From IMG/VR virus record IMGVR_UViG_3300027804_000131, positions 1 to 35,681 of that record: a DNA stretch of 35,681 nucleotides; one strand, given 5' to 3'. The notes below the pieces were generated by a model, which worked only from the letters and a program-made list of their open reading frames with translations, had not been told where the DNA came from and searched no databases. Position 1 is the stretch's first letter; each line of letters starts with the position of its first letter. The position numbers and the translations under genes were made by a program. Of this stretch, positions 17,605 through 25,128 are shown one piece after another. Origin of the DNA: a virus (taxonomy: Duplodnaviria > Caudoviricetes).

Positions 17605-18219
17605 TTACCTTGTAGTGTATTTTTTAATTGCTGCCCGTTGCTTACTATCTAACAGACTCCAAAGGGCGGTTTTAGAATCTGCATCTAACTCTGATTGTTC
17701 AATATATTCAACAGCACCAGCTACATCATCCATTGATAGCAATGAAATCACATTGACACCAATGCTTCGGATAGCTTCCTGCTCCTCAGCGGTCATGCTA
17801 TCGAATACGTCTTTAGTAATAGGCTTGACTGACTTAGGAGCCTCTGAGCCTGTTGTAGCATCTAGCGCATCATGCTCGACAATCTCTAGCGCACTTACGT
17901 ATAGGTAGCGCCGAGAATAAGTCTGCACAGCGCCCATATTTTGTATGGGATGACAGCCCTTTAGATTGGCATCAGCCATCGGGCTAGTAAATGTAATAGC
18001 CCCGCCAGTATCAGTATCAACAATACGTAAAGTAGCCAACTCTTTATCGAAGCTGACAACTGAGCAGAGTCCGATTTCATAGAATATAGAGTTAATGGTT
18101 GGTAAAAAATCGCCTAACTCAAAATATTGATAACCAGCAAACTTATTGTGTCCTGACTTCTTTATTGGCGCTGCTTGTAACATCATCCTAGCTTTTTGCA
18201 GCTTGATATAAACAGACAT
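17605..18219 (-). CDS. ERF-family single-strand annealing recombinase
   Basis: KSGHNKFAGYQY and MGAVQTYSRRY (ERF G...TY.RRY) motifs. Confidence 0.8.
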   Translation of the reverse strand: MSVYIKLQKARMMLQAAPIKKSGHNKFAGYQYFELGDFLPTINSIFYEIGLCSVVSFDKELATLRIVDTDTGGAITFTSPMADANLKGCHPIQNMGAVQTYSRRYLYVSALEIVEHDALDATTGSEAPKSVKPITKDVFDSMTAEEQEAIRSIGVNVISLLSMDDVAGAVEYIEQSELDADSKTALWSLLDSKQRAAIKKYTTR

Positions 18220-18222
18220 TAT

Positions 18223-18396
18223 TTATCCCTTGAATTTTTTATACTGCACAATATTGAATGATTGTTTTTCCTGAACAGGCTGTACCGTATTAGCCTTAAC
18301 CTGCATTTCTCTACGAATCTTTGCAAATGTCTTAGCAACATTGGTACTGGATGCAGGAACATATTTAAATGATGGATCTAGTATAGATTTACTCAT
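18223..18396 (-). CDS. Hypothetical early protein
   Basis: SILDPSFKYVPASSTNV; ATG 18396 overlaps upstream stop (ATGA). Confidence 0.6.
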   Translation of the reverse strand: MSKSILDPSFKYVPASSTNVAKTFAKIRREMQVKANTVQPVQEKQSFNIVQYKKFKG

Positions 18397-18491
18397 ATTG
18401 AACAAGAGATAACGTAAAGAACGATCATTATTACACCACAGAAAACTGGATGTCTAGCAAACCAGTCATTCGTCGATAGCAGTTTGTTCAC
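18393..18491 (-). CDS. 32 aa membrane peptide (not in ORF track)
   Basis: GTG start after AAGGA; MNKLLSTNDWFARHPVFCGVIMIVLYVISCSI; ATGA-coupled to next gene. Confidence 0.45.
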   Translation of the reverse strand: MNKLLSTNDWFARHPVFCGVIMIVLYVISCSI

Positions 18492-18666
18492 GTTTCATCC
18501 TTTCCATTTCCATAAGCATAATATCTAAGTTACCTACTGCCTTGCCAAAAGAATCACATTCCTTGCCTATCGCTTTGCATAACATCTGACGGGCTATTTC
18601 CATTCCTTCAGCAAGGCCATCTTTATATGCCTGTGTCCTAACGTCACTGATAATTGAGTTATCCAT
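18466..18666 (-). CDS. Hypothetical early protein
   Basis: 66 aa, SD AAGGA, overlaps both neighbours. Confidence 0.6.
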   Translation of the reverse strand: MDNSIISDVRTQAYKDGLAEGMEIARQMLCKAIGKECDSFGKAVGNLDIMLMEMERMKREQTAIDE

Positions 18667-18820
18667 TGCTAGATTCCTTCAATGCTTTATATTGTTCTGC
18701 CAGCTCGTAGTATCCTGAGCGATCCATAGCCATTTCGTAGCTACCATCTTGGCATGATTTCCAATGTTCGTTACGTGCTGCGATTTCGTCCATCTTTGCT
18801 TTGATTTCATCGATATTCAT
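18659..18820 (-). CDS. 53 aa first gene of leftward operon (not in ORF track)
   Basis: SD AGGAG; MNIDEIKAKMDEIAARNEHWKSCQDGSYEMAMDRSGYYELAEQYKALKESSNG. Confidence 0.65.
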   Translation of the reverse strand: MNIDEIKAKMDEIAARNEHWKSCQDGSYEMAMDRSGYYELAEQYKALKESSNG

Positions 18821-18840
18821 ATTAGTCTCCTAGTAGCCGC

Positions 18841-18919
18841 TGTGTTGCGGTGAGTGAACTATACTCAAAAATGATGACTGTGTGTAAAATTATTTCTATC
18901 AGTTATCTATTGCCAATAG
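18841..18919 (-). promoter_or_regulatory. Leftward early promoter with upstream operator-like palindrome
   Basis: -10 TATAGT at 18863-18858; homologous to promoter at 23703-23782. Confidence 0.65.
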
Positions 18920-18929
18920 TTAATATCAA

Positions 18930-18958
18930 TTGACAGCAATATTCTACATGGGCAATAT
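18930..18958 (+). promoter_or_regulatory. Rightward sigma70-like promoter
   Basis: TTGACA 18930-18935, 17 nt spacer, weak -10 CAATAT. Confidence 0.45.
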
Positions 18959-18988
18959 CTATGGGCAGCTTAACTACAGGAGGAGATT

Positions 18989-19171
18989 ATGAAGGTTGCC
19001 GAAAAGTTAATAATCGTGTTTTGGTTCATTTGTGGCGCATTAGCGATATATTGGAGCATTAAAGTACATAATATGCCGCCAAAGCTGCCTTGTATGGTGG
19101 CTGAGATTAGTCCTGACTTTAGCCATGAGGATAGACAAAAATGTCGGATAATACGGAACCACAAATTATGA
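18989..19171 (+). CDS. Small membrane protein
   Basis: Strong SD AGGAGGAG, N-terminal TM, C..AEISPDF....RQKCR. Confidence 0.7.
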   Translation: MKVAEKLIIVFWFICGALAIYWSIKVHNMPPKLPCMVAEISPDFSHEDRQKCRIIRNHKL

Positions 19172-19180
19172 GCGAGCCAA

Positions 19181-19414
19181 ATGAGCCAGCACCATCTTTG
19201 CAATGGAAGCCGTTGCAAACCTTCTTGCCCAAACTGTCACCCAGAGGTCAACCAATTGAGCAGCGATCCTTTAAAGTCTGTACCAGCAGAATTAACGAAA
19301 AACAGCTATTTCGGTACTAGGTTTTGCCGAGGATGTAAGAAAAGCCGTACTGTTACTCAGTTCAAAGATAGCAACGTATGCAGGATTTGCACTCTGAGAG
19401 GCGTTAAGGTATAG
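19181..19414 (+). CDS. Cys-rich zinc-binding hypothetical protein
   Basis: Three CxxC plus additional Cys. Confidence 0.5.
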   Translation: MSQHHLCNGSRCKPSCPNCHPEVNQLSSDPLKSVPAELTKNSYFGTRFCRGCKKSRTVTQFKDSNVCRICTLRGVKV

Positions 19415-19415
19415 T
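19387..19415 (+). promoter_or_regulatory. Sigma70-like promoter for antisense-type RNA and replication genes
   Basis: TTGCAC-17 nt-TATAGT. Confidence 0.7.
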
Positions 19416-19420
19416 TCAAA

Positions 19421-19478
19421 GGGAATGGCTAGGGAGTGCAACCCGAAAAGACGATTCGTTACCGTCCTGCCTTATCCC
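19421..19478 (+). ncRNA. C4/CI-like branched RNA in replication-initiator leader
   Basis: GGGA..GGC/GCC...TCCC outer stem, GGG/CCC and GACG/CGTC hairpins; loop TCGTTAC complementary to GTAACGA at 19489-19495. Confidence 0.6.
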
Positions 19479-19517
19479 ACCTACATTAGTAACGACAGCC
19501 AATAACGTGAGGCATAT

Positions 19518-20150
19518 ATGCACTACTACCAGCACCATATCGGTGACTTCATCAAGGCCACTGCTCGTTTAACAGACACGCAATGCATGACTTATTTGCG
19601 GCTGCTCTGGATGTATTACGACACAGAAAAACCGCTTGAACAGGATATAGAGACCATTGCGTTTCAACTTGGGGCAAATCCCAAAGACGTTGGGATGATC
19701 TTAAATGCATTTTTTCATCTTGAAAATGACGCTTGGTATCACACTAGGTGCGATGAAGAAATATCCAAATTCCATCTGAAATCAGATCGTGCAAAGACAG
19801 CCAATAAGATCCGTTGGGGATCCAAAATGGATACGAAATCAGATCCAGATCAGATCGCAACCAATAACCATAAACCAATAACCAATATAAAAACTAATAA
19901 GCCGCTAAAGCGTCCTGATGATATTTCTGAATACCTTTGGGTTGAGTTTAAAGAACATAGAAAACGTAAGAAAGCAGTGGTAACTGAACTTGTTATCAAT
20001 AATATAAGGTCTGAGGCTAGTAAAGCGAATATGAATTTGTCTCAAGCAATAGAGTTAATGATTGTTAATGGATGGGCTGGATTTAAATCTGACTGGGTAA
20101 AAAAGACTGCTCAAGCTACCGAAAATAATATGGGGAGGAAAGCAATATGA
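19518..20150 (+). CDS. Replication initiator, DUF1376/YdaU-like
   Basis: MHYYQHHIGDF start, YLRLLWMYYDTEKPL, C-terminal W.EFKEHRK...GWAGF. Confidence 0.8.
   Translation: MHYYQHHIGDFIKATARLTDTQCMTYLRLLWMYYDTEKPLEQDIETIAFQLGANPKDVGMILNAFFHLENDAWYHTRCDEEISKFHLKSDRAKTANKIRWGSKMDTKSDPDQIATNNHKPITNIKTNKPLKRPDDISEYLWVEFKEHRKRKKAVVTELVINNIRSEASKANMNLSQAIELMIVNGWAGFKSDWVKKTAQATENNMGRKAI
19780..19890 (+). other. Putative replication origin within initiator gene
   Basis: Six GATC in 19785-19856 followed by A-rich AACCAAT repeats. Confidence 0.5.
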
Positions 20151-20575
20151 TCGGTAATCTACTCAATCGCCTAGAGAAAGTTAAAGGTTCTAAAGGTCGC
20201 TGGACTGCTTGCTGTCCTGCTCACGCTGATCGTAGTCCTAGCCTAGCGATAACTCACCTTGACGATGGTCGCATTCTGCTCAAGTGTTTTGCTGGGTGTT
20301 CTGCTAACGAAATAGTTTCTTCTGTCGGAATGGACATCGGAGACTTGTTTCCTAAAGAGAACAAATTAGGCTATACACACGATACACAACGTCAAAAACC
20401 TGAGCGTAGACCATTTTATGCGACAGACCTGTTACGAATAATCCATTTTGAGGCACTTATTACGTCCATAGCGGCGTTTGATTTGTCAGAAGGTAGGCAG
20501 GTATCAGACACCGATAGAAAACGCCTTAAAACGGCTTTTGAGCGAATTAACGAAGCAGCTAATTATATTAACTGA
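20147..20575 (+). CDS. Primase zinc-finger (CHC2-like) protein
   Basis: CPAHADRSPSL...LKCFAGC. Confidence 0.8.
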   Translation: MIGNLLNRLEKVKGSKGRWTACCPAHADRSPSLAITHLDDGRILLKCFAGCSANEIVSSVGMDIGDLFPKENKLGYTHDTQRQKPERRPFYATDLLRIIHFEALITSIAAFDLSEGRQVSDTDRKRLKTAFERINEAANYIN

Positions 20576-20582
20576 GGACAAC

Positions 20583-20828
20583 ATGAGTGAATTTCTAGAA
20601 GAATATCGGCAAGGACTAATTAAGAGGTTTCCGAAAATTTCGTTTGGTGATGACGAAGTTTGGGATTTTTTTATGAGTCAAATGAATTTGTCTTATGAAA
20701 TTGGAGTGCAACAAGAACGCGCAGATTGTTTGGATATTTTAGAGGAAATGGCAAAGAAAGATAAATTAACAAATTATTATAAAGTGGCAATATTAGCGAT
20801 TAAGGAAAAGAGAGAATATGAGCCTTGA
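20583..20828 (+). CDS. Hypothetical protein
   Basis: ATG 20583 with SD GAGG; YEIGVQQERADC motif common in small phage proteins. Confidence 0.55.
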   Translation: MSEFLEEYRQGLIKRFPKISFGDDEVWDFFMSQMNLSYEIGVQQERADCLDILEEMAKKDKLTNYYKVAILAIKEKREYEP

Positions 20829-21819
20829 AGATCGAGCAATAGATTTAGACGAGGCGAGAAAAGCCAGAATAATTAAGTCAGAAGTCATTGATGTAGAGAA
20901 GTATCTACACGCTAATGATGTGACCATTAAAGTTAAACGGGCTACGGAATGGTCGGAAGTTATCAAGAAAAGCTATCTAAATAGTAAAACTGATACAAAA
21001 ATTGTATTGCCTTGGCCTAAGACGCATTCTACTTTTGCGTTTAGAGATGGTGAAGTTACTGTTTACGCTGGTGGTAACGGTGGTGGTAAGTCGCTGATTA
21101 CAGGCCAGATTGCGCTGAACTTGATTCGCCAAGGTCAGAAGGTCTGCATAGCTAGCTTTGAGATGAAGCCTGAGAAAACGCTAGAGCGTATGGTTAGGCA
21201 GTTTTCTGGTGAGTACATAGATAACCCGTTAAGTAATGATCGTGAGCAATATATCCACAACCTTTTTGTCAGATTCGATACCTATGTTTCTGACAAATTG
21301 TTTCTTTACGATCAACAGGGAACTACATCGACTGACAAAGTTATTGCTATGGCAAGGTATTGCGCTACGGAACTAGGGATTAAGCATATATTTATCGATA
21401 GCCTAATGAAGTGCGTTAAGGGTGAGGATGACTTTAATGGTCAGAAGAACTTTATTGATGAGCTAACGGCATTAGCGAGGGATCACAATGTACACATCCA
21501 CTTAGTTCACCATATCCGCAAGCTGGTCAATGAGGAGCAGCAGCCGAACAAGAACGACTTGAAAGGTTCCGGATCTATTTCGGATCAGGTAGACAATGTG
21601 TTTCTAATGTGGCGAAATAAGAAGAAAGAGAACATGAGGAACCGAGGTGAACAGATAGACGAGACACAGCCAGATGCTTACCTAATGTGTGAGAAGCAGA
21701 GGAATGGTGAGGCTCAGGAGTGGTATGGTCTTTATTACCATAGCAGCAGCCAGCAATTTATAGAGAAGGTTGGCGCTATGCCTATGGACTTTGATAATAA
21801 ATCTGGCTTTGTGGGGTGA
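20818..21819 (+). CDS. DnaB-like (SF4) replicative helicase
   Basis: Walker A GGNGGGKS, SFEM, IFIDSL, LVHH, DLKGSGSI, KQRNG. Confidence 0.92.
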   Translation: MSLEDRAIDLDEARKARIIKSEVIDVEKYLHANDVTIKVKRATEWSEVIKKSYLNSKTDTKIVLPWPKTHSTFAFRDGEVTVYAGGNGGGKSLITGQIALNLIRQGQKVCIASFEMKPEKTLERMVRQFSGEYIDNPLSNDREQYIHNLFVRFDTYVSDKLFLYDQQGTTSTDKVIAMARYCATELGIKHIFIDSLMKCVKGEDDFNGQKNFIDELTALARDHNVHIHLVHHIRKLVNEEQQPNKNDLKGSGSISDQVDNVFLMWRNKKKENMRNRGEQIDETQPDAYLMCEKQRNGEAQEWYGLYYHSSSQQFIEKVGAMPMDFDNKSGFVG

Positions 21820-21820
21820 T

Positions 21821-22792
21821 ATGAATGAGTTGGCTCTTTTCGCGGGTGCTGGTGGAGGAATACTTGGGGGAAAACTCCTTGGATGGCGAACCGTCTGTGC
21901 AGTTGAGTGGGAACCCTATCCAGCTAGCGTACTTGTCGCAAGACAAAATGACGGTCTTCTCCCGCCTTTCCCGATTTGGGATGACGTTCAGACCTTTGAC
22001 GGAAAACCTTGGCGAGGAATTGTTGACGTTGTATCTGGAGGATTTCCATGTCAGGACATTAGTTCAGCAGGACGAGGAGCAGGAATTGATGGAGAACGAT
22101 CAGGAATGTGGCGAGAAATGGCGAGGATCATTCACGAAGTACAGCCAAGATTCGCGTTCGTGGAAAACTCACCAATGCTCACTTCTAGGGGACTTGGAAC
22201 CGTTCTTGGAGACTTGGCCTCGATGGGGTTTGATGCGAGATGGGGAGTGTTGGGAGCAGCCGACGTTGGAGCAAACCATCAGAGAGACAGGATCTGGATT
22301 ATCGCCAAACGGCGTGGACACGTTCCATACGCCCAACACAACAGGATTAGACGGTGGGAGCAACAGCAGGAAAGCATTAAAGAAGAAATTGGAAATTGGG
22401 ACTCCAACAGCAACCATGAGCGAACGCAGCGACAAATTTGCGGAGGGGAGGCTTCCATCTCCAGCGGAATATGTGAAGAAATGGCCAACTCCAATAGCAC
22501 AAGATTCGAAACACAGTGGATATGCAAAAACTGGCCCGGGGAAAGCAAAAAAATTGAGTTACGAAGTAATAAAATTTCCAACACCAACGTGCCACAACAG
22601 CAAAGAGGGAGCATTTCCAGCAGAATACAACAGGAATACTCCTTCGCTAGCGACTCATGCTGGTGGGAAGTTGAACCCAACGTGGGTAGAGTGGCTGATG
22701 GGGTGGCCTCTAGAGTGGACAGACTTAAAGCCATTGGAAATGGACAAGTACCATTGTGTGCAGCAACAGCATGGAGAATCCTGAGTGCATGA
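21821..22792 (+). CDS. C5 cytosine DNA methyltransferase, alpha chain (motifs I-VIII and X)
   Basis: LFAGAGG, GGFPCQD, ENSP, HQRDRIW, RLKAIGNGQVP; no motif IX in this frame. Confidence 0.92.
   Translation: MNELALFAGAGGGILGGKLLGWRTVCAVEWEPYPASVLVARQNDGLLPPFPIWDDVQTFDGKPWRGIVDVVSGGFPCQDISSAGRGAGIDGERSGMWREMARIIHEVQPRFAFVENSPMLTSRGLGTVLGDLASMGFDARWGVLGAADVGANHQRDRIWIIAKRRGHVPYAQHNRIRRWEQQQESIKEEIGNWDSNSNHERTQRQICGGEASISSGICEEMANSNSTRFETQWICKNWPGESKKIELRSNKISNTNVPQQQRGSISSRIQQEYSFASDSCWWEVEPNVGRVADGVASRVDRLKAIGNGQVPLCAATAWRILSA
21825..22784 (+). CDS. C5 methyltransferase beta chain in +1 frame (TRD-like repeats plus motif IX)
   Basis: 319 codons open, four TP-centred repeats, LNPTWVEWLMGWP motif IX-like; stop abuts next GTG. 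Confidence 0.8.
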   Translation: MSWLFSRVLVEEYLGENSLDGEPSVQLSGNPIQLAYLSQDKMTVFSRLSRFGMTFRPLTENLGEELLTLYLEDFHVRTLVQQDEEQELMENDQECGEKWRGSFTKYSQDSRSWKTHQCSLLGDLEPFLETWPRWGLMRDGECWEQPTLEQTIRETGSGLSPNGVDTFHTPNTTGLDGGSNSRKALKKKLEIGTPTATMSERSDKFAEGRLPSPAEYVKKWPTPIAQDSKHSGYAKTGPGKAKKLSYEVIKFPTPTCHNSKEGAFPAEYNRNTPSLATHAGGKLNPTWVEWLMGWPLEWTDLKPLEMDKYHCVQQQHGES

Positions 22793-23006
22793 AGTTTCAT
22801 TGAAAATTCATTCAGTTGAAGACCATAGACATCGTTGTGAAGTGTCGCAAGTCTTACGCTGGAGAACAGAAGACAGGAACAAGGCTATTGATTACCTAGC
22901 TAGGGTTAGAAAAGCTAGGGGTGATGTAGTAGCAGATAAACTAGCCAATGACTGCAAAGAACAGTGGGCTAAGGGAAACAGAGGGATTAAGGGAGATTGG
23001 CGTTGA
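22785..23006 (+). CDS. Hypothetical protein
   Basis: HRHRCEV..VLRWR...QW.KGNRG..GDWR; starts immediately after beta-chain stop. Confidence 0.65.
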   Translation: MHEVSLKIHSVEDHRHRCEVSQVLRWRTEDRNKAIDYLARVRKARGDVVADKLANDCKEQWAKGNRGIKGDWR

Positions 23007-23287
23007 GAGCTTACCGAGTAGATGGAAACCAGAAGGCTATTGTTGCTGCATTGCGAGAAGAAGGGTTTATTGTCCAGCATCTCCATAAAGTAGGGGAAGG
23101 CTGTCCAGACTTGCTGATAGGTCATAGTCATAACGGCAAACGTTATAACGTACTGCTAGAGATTAAAGACGGGGACGGCAAGCTAACGGCACAGCAGGTT
23201 ATCTGGCATGCTGGATGGCGAGGTCAGGTTGCGGTGGTTAATAACAAAGGACGCAATTTTACTGCGGTTTACGATGCCTGCAAATAA
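22997..23287 (+). CDS. VRR-NUC-like PD-(D/E)xK nuclease / resolvase
   Basis: RVDGNQ..IV.ALR, GCPDLL, LEIK, LT.QQ..W. Confidence 0.8.
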   Translation: MALRAYRVDGNQKAIVAALREEGFIVQHLHKVGEGCPDLLIGHSHNGKRYNVLLEIKDGDGKLTAQQVIWHAGWRGQVAVVNNKGRNFTAVYDACK

Positions 23288-23699
23288 GAAGCCAAGAAAG
23301 CCTAGAAAGTACATACCAAAGACGCTACCACTAACCATCAGGCATAACGCAGAGTCAGAGACAGCCTTACAACTAGCGCCTCATTCTGAGCTAATGAAGC
23401 TAAGAGAGGGCTACGGGGATGAAAGCAGTTGGCACACGATAGTTGCTAGGCTTAATGTTGGCTTGGTATGCGCTAACTCTGATAATCAACCAGACATAGC
23501 CAAAGAGATACGGATAGGGCTAGATGCCATGTTAAAGGTACAAGCTAGGTTTGATAAGTCTGGCAAGTGGGGATTATCTGGCAGTGATCTAAGGCAGGTA
23601 GGCGATGCGCTAGTGCTTACTGATAACTTACAGCTATCGTTAACAAGAAAGCAATTCGCCCAAGCCATTGATTATGTTTACCAACACGCTGCTAAATAA
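23274..23699 (+). CDS. Hypothetical protein
   Basis: Likely start MPANKKPRK; helical 141 aa. Confidence 0.6.
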   Translation: MPANKKPRKPRKYIPKTLPLTIRHNAESETALQLAPHSELMKLREGYGDESSWHTIVARLNVGLVCANSDNQPDIAKEIRIGLDAMLKVQARFDKSGKWGLSGSDLRQVGDALVLTDNLQLSLTRKQFAQAIDYVYQHAAK

Positions 23700-23702
23700 A
23701 AA

Positions 23703-23782
23703 CTATCGGTAAATAATAACTGATAGAAATATTTATGTTGCACTTGGAGAATACTATGCTATAGTTCTTTCACAGCAGCACA
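23703..23782 (+). promoter_or_regulatory. Internal promoter with operator-like palindrome
   Basis: TTGCAC-16 nt-TATAGT with extended TG; upstream CTATCGG-N10-CTGATAG. Confidence 0.65.
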
Positions 23783-23807
23783 ATATCAATAAATAAGTGA
23801 GGAAATT

Positions 23808-23996
23808 ATGTTAATGCTAACAATTGGAAAGCGAATTACTTTAGAAGTTGCATCTCTTGATGAAGCATCAGATTTTTACTGCAATTTGCGCGATCAGTCT
23901 TGCGAAGGTGCATCAACATTTCCTAAAGGAAAAGTAAAACAAGGGAATAAAGTTATTGCAGATATTTCTTACAATGGTTGCATTTGGGAAAAATAA
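23808..23996 (+). CDS. Small hypothetical (moron-like) protein
   Basis: SD GAGG, AT-rich, GASTFP...ISYNG.IW. Confidence 0.65.
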   Translation: MLMLTIGKRITLEVASLDEASDFYCNLRDQSCEGASTFPKGKVKQGNKVIADISYNGCIWEK

Positions 23997-24047
23997 TAAA
24001 TAAACAAAGAAGTCTTATTTAACAATATCAATCAATAGGAGCCGCAT

Positions 24048-24128
24048 ATGGAAAACGGATATTGGTACTTTGATGAATATGAAGACGATTGGGTCTATGT
24101 TCCATCAGCAGATGAATTGTCTACATGA
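24048..24128 (+). CDS. 26 aa acidic/aromatic peptide (not in ORF track)
   Basis: SD AGGAG; MENGYWYFDEYEDDWVYVPSADELST; ATGA overlap with next gene. Confidence 0.5.
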   Translation: MENGYWYFDEYEDDWVYVPSADELST

Positions 24129-24454
24129 AAACAATAAATCCACATAAAAGCATCGACTACATGATTCGGCATTCTGCTGAATATGCTATTGCAAAGGCTG
24201 AAGTTACTTACTTAACAGAATTTAGAAAATCAAAAAAAGCATTACTTTTTGCTAACGCAATAGGAAACACTATTGCAGATAAAGAAAACTATGCTTATAG
24301 TCATCCAGAATATATAGAGGTATTGGATGACCTTAAAAAAGCGGTAGCTTTAGCTGAGAAACTTCGTTGGATGTTAGTAGCAGCACAGGCCAGAATCGAT
24401 GTTTGGCGCTCACAGGAAGCTAGTAATCGGAATATAGATAGATCAACTCAATAA
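24125..24454 (+). CDS. Helical hypothetical protein
   Basis: AYSHPEY...IDVWRSQEASNR. Confidence 0.7.
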   Translation: MKTINPHKSIDYMIRHSAEYAIAKAEVTYLTEFRKSKKALLFANAIGNTIADKENYAYSHPEYIEVLDDLKKAVALAEKLRWMLVAAQARIDVWRSQEASNRNIDRSTQ

Positions 24455-24463
24455 GAGGATAAT

Positions 24464-24697
24464 ATGAACGACACAAACATAGTAGATGATAGCAACTTAG
24501 TGCAGTGCGAGTATTGCGGTTATGTAACAGACAGGGATGATGTTCCTACGGCAAATGATCCTTGCTGTTCTGACGGAACCGTGACTGTGTGTCCTGAATG
24601 CGACGAAGGCGAATCTTTCTTACGCTATGACCCGGCAAAGGCAATTATTCGAGACCAAGGAATTGCCCATCAAGCTACGGAATCTTGCCGAGCATGA
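24464..24697 (+). CDS. Zinc-ribbon protein
   Basis: CEYC...CPEC, SD GAGG. Confidence 0.6.
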   Translation: MNDTNIVDDSNLVQCEYCGYVTDRDDVPTANDPCCSDGTVTVCPECDEGESFLRYDPAKAIIRDQGIAHQATESCRA

Positions 24698-24812
24698 GAT
24701 AGAACAACTAGGTATAAAGCATTTCGGTAATCTCAAGTATTACTATCCAGACCAGATTAAAGCTCTGGTTCTGGATGTCCAGAAGAAACTCCAAGGTAAA
24801 AATCGTGCGTAA
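24627..24812 (+). CDS. Hypothetical protein
   Basis: 61 aa, overlaps both neighbours. Confidence 0.45.
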   Translation: MTRQRQLFETKELPIKLRNLAEHEIEQLGIKHFGNLKYYYPDQIKALVLDVQKKLQGKNRA

Positions 24813-25128
24813 AAAAGAGGCTCAATATCTGTCAAAAATAGCTGATATAGGCTGTATAATTTGTTATAGGCTTGGCTATATTGGGACTCCAGCAGAGATC
24901 CACCATATCAGAGGTATAGGTCTGGGGATGGGTGTAAGGAATTCTAATTACGCAACTATCCCACTTTGTCCTGAGCATCACAGGGGGAATACTGGCTATC
25001 ACGGCATGGGAAGAAAAGCCTTTGAGCGTCGGTACGAGGTTACCGAATTGCAGTTAGCACAGCAGGTACAGGAGATTCTAAATGAAGAAGACCAAAGCAG
25101 CCAAGAAGGTAGCCAAAGTTATGCGTGA
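24805..25128 (+). CDS. Ref/DUF968-like HNH nuclease
   Basis: GCIIC...AEIHH...TIPLCPEHH. Confidence 0.75.
   Translation: MRKKEAQYLSKIADIGCIICYRLGYIGTPAEIHHIRGIGLGMGVRNSNYATIPLCPEHHRGNTGYHGMGRKAFERRYEVTELQLAQQVQEILNEEDQSSQEGSQSYA

Noticed and set aside
16813-19000. Lambda-like cI/cro lysogeny switch
   Set aside because: The divergent promoters are not flanked by repressor genes, the only standalone HTH is distal and lacks a peptidase domain, and no integrase or partition genes were seen.
21821-22792. Frameshifted pseudogene or assembly error in the methyltransferase
   Set aside because: Both frames are open end to end with their own starts and stops, and motif X returns in the alpha frame, which a single indel cannot explain.
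22169-22800. Reverse-strand ORFs over the methyltransferase
   Set aside because: No motifs or SD; probably a by-product of constraint from two coding frames on the plus strand.
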